From Phoronis australis (lineage: Eukaryota; Animalia; Phoronida): 64,000 nucleotides of DNA. Shown piece after piece: positions 13,601-25,600 of this stretch. The first letter of the stretch is position 1, and each line of letters starts with the position of its first letter. The DNA is taken from positions 338,597 through 402,596 of the forward strand of contig NMRA01000389.1 of NCBI GenBank assembly GCA_002633005.1, written 5' to 3'. Under the pieces are notes generated by a model. That model made no database searches, was not told where the DNA came from, and was given only the letters and a program-made list of their open reading frames with translations. The position numbers and the translations under genes are program-made.

Positions 13601-16600
13601 ATCGCGGTAAAATGTCCACAGATAATCCTAATAAATGTTTCTAGCCATAGCTAATCCTGTCTGGGACTTTTAGGTGCCTAGGGACTCACACACTGTATTC
13701 AAGATAAATGCAGGCAAGTAGTCATGTGTTCAATAGAGATAATGTGTGACATCATGCTAAAGCTGCTGTTAACCAGTGTTCGGTTAAGGAAACAATCTTT
13801 TGATTTAGACAAATTACTGCTATGAGACTAGTCTCAACTTATCCCTAGCCTCAAATCAAAATAGTTTCTAGACTTGGAGAGAGTTGACAATTCGTGACTG
13901 TTTGAGATCATGCTAAAATGACTGACCTCAGCTTGCAGTACCAGGTCTCAAGCAACTATTCCAACTCACCTCTTTCTTAGCCAAAAAATTACGTCTAAGG
14001 AACAACTTGAGACTAATTTCAGACAAAAGGTAGCACAAAGTAATTTGATTCTCCGAAATTCCGAAGAAATTTCATCATTTTTTTGAAAATCACTGTACGG
14101 CATTTATATGGGTCATAATCTGTGACTTCATTGAGACTGCAAGATAGTTTTGCTTTGTTTTACACCACCAAACATTTGGTAAAGGTAATTTTCATATTTT
14201 ATCATACAAATTGCTTCTTCGAAATGACATCTTTCCAAATGATAGCATTCAATCAATCTAACACAAAATGATGGCTACAGCATCTCCATGAATTTTCAGT
14301 TTCCACTATCGTACTCACTCAGACGCTTGTGGAAATGTCATCCCATTGAATGCTGCTGATAAATATTCAGTGTACATTTCCATACCAGTGCCGCGCATGT
14401 AGTCATTCTGCCACTTCAACATTCCTGGTGACTACAACAAAATACAGACAGTCACATTTTATAAATGCCGGAGTGGTGACTACAACAAAATACAGACAGT
14501 CACATTTTATAAATGCCGGAGTGGTGACTACAACCAAATACAGACAGTCACATTTTATAAATGCCAGAGTGTTGACTACAATCAAATACAGTCACATTTT
14601 ATAAATGCCAGCGTGGTGACTACAACCAAATACAGACAGTCACATTTTATAAATGCCAGAGTGGTGACTACAATCAAATGCAGTCACATTTTATAAATGC
14701 CAGCGTGGTGACTACAATCAAATACAGTCACATTTTATAAATACCAGAATGGTGACTACAATTAAATACAGACAGTCACATTTTATAAATGCCAGAATGG
14801 TGACTACAATTAAATACAGAGTCACATTTTATAAATGCCAGAGTGGTGACTAAAATCAAATACAGACAGTCACATTTTATAAATGCCAGAGTGGTGACTA
14901 CAATTAAATACAGACAGTCACATTTTACAAATGCTAAAGTGGCGACAATGGTTGACAACATTTGACAACACTAGACAACTTACAAACACTGACTCTGGGT
15001 CAATGCCAACGTTCACCTACACACCCACCCTTCATCTTTCAAACACATTCAAACACCTACGTTAGGATACACATACATCAACAAATCATAAAGTCAGGAC
15101 TTTGTGGAATTTCCTTAAAGCCCCACATGCCCAGATCTTTCAAAACCATTTTTTGTTCATAGGAGTGTAAGCCTTCATTATGGTTAATACAGTCAATTAG
15201 CATTCCAAATCAAACACGGTAACACAACGTAATGAACGTGTCTCACTGATTGCTTCAACCACAACATCCACCGATACTAACTCAATTTTATTCATTTTGA
15301 AGTTTTCGACTTTGGCTTGAACTAAGTATAAATATCTCTGAGTGGGACATAAAATGTACTCATGTTTTTGCAAACGCCTGGGAAATTCGCTAAAATGTAT
15401 TCAATGTTCTTGTGAACGTTATGGGATTATGGAATTTGACTTAAAATGTCCCCGTGTTCTTGTAAACGCCAGGGAATTTCAGATTCCTGGAAGCGCGTAA
15501 TCCACTTGGTTGCTATGAACACACTGGGCATTGTGAGCATAGCAACCCCATTGTTTATTAATGCACTTAAAGTAGCAGACGTGAACAAAATATTCAGGCA
15601 TCCCGGATGTTAAACTAGGATATTAAACTAAACAAAGCAGTCAAAATGGAATATCTTTTACATAATTAATAGCGAAGAAAATATTGTTTAAAATTGCATG
15701 AGGGCATTCACTCTGCATGAAGTAGCTTGCCACTGAATACAGTTATTATATGAAGCCTCATCACTCCCGATTTAATTTTAAATTTGCAGCTTCCTTCTTT
15801 TCAATTAAAATTGTGATTTGCATCTACTGAAGTCTAGTTTGTAGCCTGTAGGTTGATTATAATTAACGATCCTCCATCCAGGCATTATTGGTAGTAATTT
15901 GCTACAAATCTTTGAATGGCCTATTATTAATACATTGAGAAACACTGAGTAATAATCAATATTGGAAATAAAGGGGGACTAACTTACCGTTTTATAAGAT
16001 CGCATTGTGAAAAGATTGGCCATGAGAGTGGAAAATCCCGGAGCCAGACAACTTTGAGCAATAAAACCCAACTTGAGTTCAGCCAGGCAGACAGCGTCGT
16101 CACCTCGCCGCCAGTCCCAACTCGGAATGTTCAACAGATATGCCTGAAAAAATTCCTATCATTAAAGCAAGCAGGAAGTTCAGAGTGTAAAACATTTGAT
16201 CTGATTTTCAACCTATCTCAAACTTATCAAAACCATTTTTAATCAACCATGGTTGCAGTTATCAATTTGATAGATTATGTGAAAAGCGTATTGTATACGG
16301 ATTCCTAGAACAATGATTTACAAAAAAGCCAGAAACATTTTGATTAGCAGTCTCTTCTCAATGGTGCAAGTCAAACAAGAAAGTATCGATCACTTTATAA
16401 AGTCATAGTAACTACTGTTAATAATCTTTAGGGTAAAAGTTCTAGAGTTTGGCACAAGTAAGAGCATCAGTCAGTTTCCAAGTTATTGTCACCACAAAAA
16501 CAAATGTTCCACCATAATTCATCTAAGCTTCAAATTGATCACACATATTGTTTTCTAAAATATTTCTTACCAAATTCAGATTCACAATGATTATAAAACC

Positions 16601-19600
16601 ATGACATTGATAGTGAAAGTTACAATTTCCCCCCTCCCTCCCCCTATCAAAAGCTTCAACCTGCTCTATATATACGAAACAGAAAAACGAGAGAGCACTT
16701 GATTAACAAACTACCCAGGCATTCCAGTTCAATCCATAATGCAATAACATGTGAATGAATAACCATCTACAACTACATTTTTTGGAATATGTCTATTTCC
16801 TTAAACTTACATGTTTGTGCAAAACTGGTGATTTCATGTTACGGCAGACACAATTTACAAGCAACTGATATAACTTCGTGATTGCTTTTTCATTTAAATG
16901 GTAATTAAACTGCGCTTTACTGCCTATCTTCAAAATCACAGCAAATAGGCATTGGCACATTTCCAAATTCACCCCGTGAATGCACAACGTCAGTTCCACT
17001 TAGAGGTCTCCCCTATTCATTAGACATCAGTTTATAAAGAGTAAGACATCAAGTGTTGACATATGAGTCATCACTTGATGTCTTACTGTTTATAACCTGA
17101 TGTATAATGAATAGACGAAACGCCGGATCAATATCAACTTTTTCGTTTGTGCCGTGATTGTCCGTTTTTTGATCCTATGGCCAAAAACCGATGTACCTAG
17201 TGGTCTGTGAATGACATCACAAAATCATTACACCACAAGTCATCTTTGAGGTAATCAACATCTCAAACCATAATTTTGAGTGAGTGACCTTGGCAGTATA
17301 CCTTTAAATACACGGCAGTAGCAAAACCCTACAGAAAAATGGTCTAACCTTGTTGTGATACTGGAGAAGCTGAATGATAACTTTGATATCAGAATGATAA
17401 TTCTTTATGGATATCACTCTCATGATATTCGCTGCATCTTCGGCGTCAGGATCTTCGCAGTACTTGTTACTCAGAATTAAACATGCATCAGCATCTTTAA
17501 TGGCCACTCTGTCCAAGTCATTGGAGTCCATCACAGTGCCTTGGAAGAATTCTACTTGAGTAAAGTGGCGTTTAAATAATCCCTCCAAATCCAAGTCCGG
17601 TAATTGTCTACAAAAAACATTACGGACCAATTAATGCAAGCAGAAACTAAACGTTGTTCAAAGGGATATCGATACAGCAGCACAGCAAATAGTTGAGGAG
17701 GAGGCTATTGAAAATGTGACCGCGAAGTGAGTCTGAGAAAAAATGTGAAGTCCAACAGTCTCATTGAAGCTACACGTCACTTGAGCTTAATAAAGCATCA
17801 TAAGTTCAAAAGCCAGAATAAAACAAAAGAAAGCACAATTCTGTAAAAAGCTAGTTTCACTTAGGGTTGAGAATATTGATATTTGATGCATAGAAAAGTG
17901 ATCCAACATTGTCCATTCTTGTTATCATGATCATCCCCAAACTACTGTAATTGAGTATTAGAATTTTAATACCCTGACAATATCTCTGCCAGAATACTTT
18001 TACTACCAATTTTCTTCTTAAACACATTGCACTGCCTATGTTACAAATTCTCCAATTTGGGACATTCTCTAACATTTTGGATACCGACATTCCATCAGAA
18101 ATTTAATTTTCTTAATTCTGAAGATTGGAAGATGGGCGATTTTGGAATTCATCATATTTTTCAAAGTTCAGACACAGTGTTTTGTATCAACAGTCTGAAT
18201 ATAGACTTGGCAGTTAATTTTGACGTATTTCTGGAGATTCTTGAATGTGGGACGGCAAGTATTACCTACTTCTAAAATTTCATACCACCTCCGACCTTGA
18301 GCAACGTGCATAATTAATTTTCCACAGTCCCAAATAGGAGAATTTTTACCTTTGGTAGGAAAGGGGGAATATGCCACCTACTTGTGAATGAAAACGATGT
18401 CAACTTCTGTATCTTCTCGGTCTTTATGTAGGAAGTCAGCGAGGAAGTTGGACACCGACTCGTATGTAATGTGTCCGCACACAATGATATGCCTAGAATT
18501 AAGGACAGACTAACACTCTTTTAAGGGAAAATGTTGTCGTGTTTAGTCATTGTGGAGATTTAGAGGGACTTTGATCAAATGATGCTCTCCGCCATAACAA
18601 AAATGGAACACGCCAGGAACATTCCATGGGTCAATAGGTGAGGTGTATCCTTACAAAACATATTAGCAAGGTGGAAAACTTGAAACACTATGGATGTCAA
18701 TAGTCAACACTTCTCAAGGGTAAGTATACAATGTACCACTTAGGCATGGGATGTCACACCATGTTCCCAGCAGTACAGGAATTACAACAGGAAAGTTGTT
18801 ACAAACAGGAATTCTAGCAGTACATGTGGCTAAATACCAGTCCCAAGTATACCGTAGAATTCAGAAGGATTATCAAGAACTTAAGAAACGGTTGAAAATC
18901 GTGGATTTACTGTCACCAAAATTTGTAGTGGCTGAAGTTTTCTTGCTTTCATATGCAATCACTGTAAATATGTACTTTTTCAGGAACATTATCTAGAAAA
19001 GTTGCCTTAAATCACGTTTCACAACAGACTCTTTTTCTGTTCACAGGTGTAGTGCGTGACTGACCATTATTAATGAATACATACATTTCATTGGCATTTT
19101 GCAGTGAGAAAATAAACAACGCCACAGTTGCTAATACGGTAATTTTATGACCACGTTATTTGACACAATGCACCTTATAGGAACTAAAAGTCAATGACAT
19201 TGTTTGCAAGATTAGCCAAGCTGTGAAAGCAAAACCAACTCCATACAGTCAAAACACAAAAAGTCATGAAAAACACAAAAATGGCTGATACAGAATTGGA
19301 CCAAGGATGTTGTGCAAGCCATGTTAGAAATGGCAATTACAAAATTTGTCAACCTATCAAAACAGTTTAATCCAGTGCGTGGATGACATACTTCCAAATA
19401 CAAAATTTGAACATATTCACCTTTACAATAAATAAATCATAATGTCAGATGTAAACTTAAGAACTAACGATTAAAGCTGTGCACAGTAGAAGAAATGAGA
19501 CGAAACTTCGTTCCATTACCTTTAAGACGAGTATTTCTCATGAAAGTGACTCGTCACTAAACTGGAGTTTACACTTCACATTGTTGAGTGTCTTGAAACC

Positions 19601-22600
19601 TATTGCAGTTACGTTCACGTAAACCTCGTCTATACAAAAGATAGCCAAAGGAAGGAAGGAACAGACAGGGTACGACAGGAACTCATACAGAAAACACGAG
19701 TGCGAACACAAGACGGGTCACCCGACTCACTTCTTCGCAGGCTCCTTCGTGTAAATTCCACCATATTTTTGCCGGTTCCCGATCAACTCAATAATATCGG
19801 GTAACATACTTGTGAACAATGCCTGATAAAGAAACATGAGCAGATTTATTTAACATTGACAATACAACGTCAACGGTATATGTTGAATAAAACTTACTTT
19901 TTTCCACGTTCTTTATCATAAGAGCCACCGTACTTCTGCCTACGTCCAAGCAACTCAAACAATTCAGGAAGAGCTGATGCAAATAGAGCCTATCACAAAT
20001 GCAATAAAAACATTTATGTTTGACATATGTCCCGTGATGGATTTTCAAAGAGAACACTACCAAACAAACTGACCAGTCAAATAAGCATGTTGTTGATGGG
20101 CACTACGATAGTACAGTAAAAGCTCTCGTAATTCGAACACTAAAAATAATCACACTGGAAAAAATTATAATCTCTAATTGAAAAAAAATGTGAAATGTGA
20201 CCTTTTATCAAATTCAAAAGATTATTCCACATTATTAATTACAATTTTTTTAAAAACATTAACAAGCATCCGAAACACTTCAATACTGAACACGCACATA
20301 AAATCATTAGTTTCCATTTAACAGCTGATCAACTTTAATTTTGATTGCGAAAAACAATGAACTTTGACTCATGCAATACCACAATGCAGACTTTAACAAT
20401 TTATAAGACAAAACACATTTCCTGAAAATGAAAAAAATTGACTACTGTTGTTCTGCTAGTTTTTTCACTGGCAACAGATTAAGGAAACTTACTTCATGGT
20501 ATCTGTAAGACACTGAAATTCTGGTGTTTTAAAACACAAGAAGAAATCCGTATTTAGCCCAGTCAGCATCCTTTGACACATTACAAATGAAGGACGCGTT
20601 CTAAAAGGCTAGTTTCTTGAAAGTGGGGAAAAATCATGCACAGCCACGCAAGACAAAGTGTTTTGTGAGTAGGCTTAAGACCTCACAACAATACACTCTC
20701 AAAATGGCTGCCGATTGTGCTGGATGTCAAAATGTTAGAATAGTGAAAGGGAAATCACTCTTTTTGTTCAGTAAATCAAGATATTTCACCGTAAGTGTCT
20801 TGTGACAAGTGTTAAGCAACCCATAACACCTGTCACAAGAAACAAAATAAACAATTTTTGAAGAGCAACAATGAGAAAGCAGGCTAGCAATCCTCATGAA
20901 TAAAATAGATTAATTTGCTGATGAAGCTGATGATCTGTTCCTTTTTGCTGCACTTCATGAACGAACAGCACATACAGGGCTCGATGGTTAGCATAGCGTA
21001 AACTCGGCAAACGGGACCGGGCAAAAATTCCAGGTTGCCAAAATGAGAAGTACCGTAAGCTCACCAAACCAATGGAACCCTACACGTGGTCTCCACAAAT
21101 CATGCATGATTGGCGACAGTTGAAAATGAAAAAATGGGTCATACGAATTTAAGAACTGGCTAAATGACAGCAGAAACACCTGGATGTTTTTTTTCTACTA
21201 AAAAGTTAGGATTATATCGTCTGTTCAAAAATGAACAGGCCTTTACAGTGCTTCCTGACTAATTTGACTCCTGTCTATTTACTCCATGCAACATTTTGAG
21301 CGTGTGGTCGAAAGTGTGCTTGGCGACTTCATTGCTACTTGGGGTTTTTACTAGGCCGTATTGACGAGCTTCAGGTCACCAAATCAGGCTGTGACATACT
21401 ATCATGTTTATAATAACAAAAAAGCAAATATTACCAGTCCAGTAAGGATGACAATGATGGTGAGTATACGACCAATGGTTGTGTGGCAGCTGACATCCCC
21501 ATAACCTACAGTCGACACCGTGACCAGAACAAAATACACACAATCCCAATAGTCCTTTGGACGAGCATTCTCGAAGTTGTAAAATGGGTCTCCGGAATTC
21601 TCCACCTGTAAAAAACACGTAATTACATTAAATTTCATTTTGGCCAATTCTCTCTGATGTCCAACTACAATACATACCGACTCCCATCTCAACCACATAA
21701 AGTAGGCATAAAAAGTACACCACTTCAAGGAAATATTTAAACATGAAGAAGGAGGTATTTTATTTCATCCATGAAGCAGGTGTATCTGGGATACTCATAT
21801 CCCAGTAAACATAATGTCACATGTTTAACTAGGCAACAGATGCTGGTTACATATATAAATATCAATAAACATGAATGTTCAGCACTTTCGATTTTCTTTT
21901 TTATTAATAAGTATATAGGATGACACAGGAGCATTGAGGATTTAGTTAAAATCTTTACGTTGCACTTTCTCATTTTTCAAGGACTTCCTCAGCTTCCAAC
22001 ACAGTTGTGAATGGGGTCACTTTTTCAAAATATTTTTTATTCGTAGCCATGATACAGAACTTAGGAAATGACAAAGCATCATTCTGTTAATTCACATAAT
22101 TCATCAAAAAAAGGGAAAATAAAATTTCACCTGTCCGCCATGTTGTGTCTTAAATTGGTGAGATTATACCGCAACACTTGTTTGGAACCAAATTGTGTCA
22201 GTTTCCAGTGAGAGGATTATTTAGAAACATGAATACGGGTACGATAAAGCTTCTTCAAATTAGAACACAATATGGCGGAACACTGAAATTTTATTTCGTC
22301 AAAATTTTCAACAAGAGTAAACGAAAAGACAATTTGACTTTATTGTTGGAATACTTTATATAGCGGAGATGTCATCAGCAAACACACAATAAAATTCGGA
22401 TTATTTTTGGCAATACATTGAGCGTTTGAAAAATGAAGAAATGACAATTTTGGCGATTATTGTCGTTCGAATTTGAGGAAACTTTATCGCATTTTTTTGA
22501 AATTATCCAACATCAATAGTTTGTAAGATAAATTTGGGTACTTCACAAGAAAGTGAAGAGCAGAACTGCTGGTGCAATAGTTGCTGTAATACATAATCTA

Positions 22601-25600
22601 TCTTTCCCCTGCATATGGTTGTATCATTTACTGATTGAATTGTACGCAAGTCAGAGGCATAGAGACTTTAATAACAAGTTATGATAAAATGTAATAAATG
22701 CCTCATCGGGCCCCATCATCTGCCAACATGACCATACGTGATGCAAACACAAACTATTCTTATAACAGTGATAAAACAGCAATGGCCAATATATTATACG
22801 TAAAATTCTCCACTTTGGGACTATGGTAAAATCTCTCAGATTTTGGACAAAAATAATTGCCAAAATTATCATTTTTCTCTTTTTCAAAGTATACGTTGCC
22901 GTGAATGTCCACAATTTTTTCAAAACATTTTCTGATGGTAGCTATACCGCAAAACTTGAACACAGTAAAGTCATTGATTTTATGCTATATTTCTTTTTAA
23001 AAAAATGAGAAACTGAATAAATTTCAATTGTCCGCCATATTGTATTTTAAATTGGTGAGATTTTACTGTATAGTGAGACTTCATTGTTTTGGTCAAGGTT
23101 TAAGTTTGCACTAAATTTTAGAAATAAGCAATAGCGTCCATCTCTCATAATAAGGAAAACTCAATTTTGGCTTGCATTTTAGTGTCCCCAAAATTTTGGA
23201 AACTTTCCACCACTGGAAATTTTTTTTGGGTCTGGCAATCTATAAAACATGAGCAGAACTGGTGCAAATGGTAACTATCTTCCACACTAATAATAAAGTA
23301 CAGGCACGAGGAAAAGGCTTTCAAGGATACTCCATTGCAATGCAAGTAATACAAGTAGACTACTTAACACCTGCACCATGTTAGTGATTTGAATGTAAAC
23401 CTAGGAGCAGCCACCATGTATTAAGTTACACTTTCATAAGAGATTAAAGATTAATTGAAATGCGATAGATTTAACTTAATGGACCATTTGGTCTCATTGT
23501 GAACAACTGAATCCCACCTGATGATATTAAAGGTGAGTGATCTAATCCACTACAACTTAATGCCACGAATAAATTAAATGTTTTAGGAATTCCAATACTG
23601 TGAGCCTGTTTTTATTAGGCATTACGCGGTTGTCTCACAGGATCAAGGTCGAATCTTTGCAACAAAGAAGAGAATTCTTTGCTGGGTTAGTGTGTAAAAC
23701 CCTATCAAGTTAATTTGATGGCTAAGTACCAAAGCATACATGCTATAACAATGGCATATAATATGATCCATATAATAATCAGTAGCCACTACTGGACCGG
23801 GTTGACAAGGTGCACCGACACTTGAGCCACTTTTACCCAAGAGACAGCTGTCACCATAACAACGCAACTTGCTCCACTTGAGTCACATTTACACAACATT
23901 AGATCGCAAACTGGATCAAAATGAGTCCTTGCACGAAGACTGTCAGCGCATGCTCGCATAAATAATTGCGAATGTCCAAACCACATGGAATGCCAGCGGA
24001 TCACTTGCATATGCGCTACTGCCACGCACATTGAAAGATAGTCCATTTCCGCCCTGCCCTAGTTGTGTTTAGACGCAACTAATTGAGTGCAACTTGCTCT
24101 ACCTCTCAAATTGGTGTCAAAAATGGCCGTTGTGAAGTCACCCTGTTCCATGTAAGTTGTGTTCACACAAGCATTTGCTCCTGATCAGTTGTTCCGTGTT
24201 AGTTGCTCCGTGACGTCTGCCTCTCGTGCAAATACAACTTATGAGGTGAATACGACAACTTAGGAATGTGTGAAGTGAGAGTGAGACCACTTGGCACCTA
24301 GAGAGGTGTGCGTACTGTGATGTGAATAGGATCATATGGCACTTACCAAATGAATAACACCAGCAGCAGCCAGTATACCACTGACAGAGTTGGAGCACAG
24401 TTGAGCCAGCCTTATGCTACTACTCGTATGTAGAATGTTGAGATATTGAAGGATATCGGGTAGTGACATGAGACGAAGGGCTCGCAAAAACCGCAACCCT
24501 GAAATAAACAAAGCAATAATTCATTTCGTGAGCATGTGAAGCTGGCGTAAACGTATGTAATCTCCGAAATTCAAAACACAATATGGGAAATGACTAAAAT
24601 TTTATTATGTCATATAACTTTTACAAAAGTTAAGCAGCCCAACACACAATGCTTAACAATTTGCAAGTTTTGTAAATAACCATAGCAACCATCCCATCAG
24701 ACAGTATTTTGAAAAGTTGAGAGCATTTACAACAATGATGGAAGCAACTGAAAAAATCAAAACAAAGGCCATTTTTAGAATTTGTCCAAAATAGGTGAAT
24801 GCAGATTTCAGTGTAGTGAATGGGAGACTCATTTCGTACACATTCCAGTTTTTGCACAAGTTTATGAATCCAGCATAATTCTTTGCATTGTTAGTACACA
24901 GTATGGTGGACAAGTGAGATTTCTCAACAAAAAGATAAAAAAACCTTAATCAACTACTAGCTTAGTTTGTGCAGTGCAGACGTCAAACTAGAATATTTGG
25001 TACTAAAATTTTCCTAATTGCTAGACTGGTAAATCACGTAGGGCTACAAAGAAACAATTTTATTTGTATGCAGTTGTTTCAGCTCATCTAATTACAAATG
25101 CAGCACATGCAAAAAGTATTCGGATAAAAATGACTCAGAATTCCTGTCTGTAACCTTTGTGTTAAAAATCCCTACTTTGCATCTGAAAACATAAACGTCA
25201 CGGCGATTGGACAGAAGCCAATTTTACCAGCACAGCAGATTTCCCTCATGACATGGAATGAAGAGAAATGTACAGGAAAGTTAGTAAGGTAGTAAAGGTA
25301 TTATGTAATTATAATTCCTAGTTCCCCATGATACTTATCACCAGTAATTTTTAATTTGCTCTTAACGGAATTAGCTATCTGGCGGTAGGGGGGAACAGAA
25401 TTTTGTATAACTGTCTTGTACTGTATGTAATACTAAATATCTACGAAAAAAAGAAAATTTCTAACTCTAAAGTTGTGTGCAGTCCTGCAAGGAAGATGAG
25501 AAACAAACAAAAGGACTGAAAAGTTTTAAACCAGACAGAATCTTGAACATGCAGTGAAAATGCATACAAAGAAATTATAACTGTAGATCAATCACCTCAT

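Noticed and set aside
14428-14941. CRISPR-like array
   Set aside because: Units are contiguous near-identical repeats with no unique spacers, there are no cas genes, and the context is a eukaryotic intron
19519-19680. Pyrimidine tract and AG downstream of S6 exon B as a third alternative exon
   Set aside because: All three frames hit stops and there is no KYGG similarity; could only be a poison exon
23145-23354. [11 protein letters not shown] resembling the pore helix
   Set aside because: Match too short, no filter motif and no compatible splice sites
23789-24046. [14 protein letters not shown] as an alternative S5 exon
   Set aside because: W-to-H spacing is wrong, a Lys falls mid-helix and there is no convincing donor or acceptor
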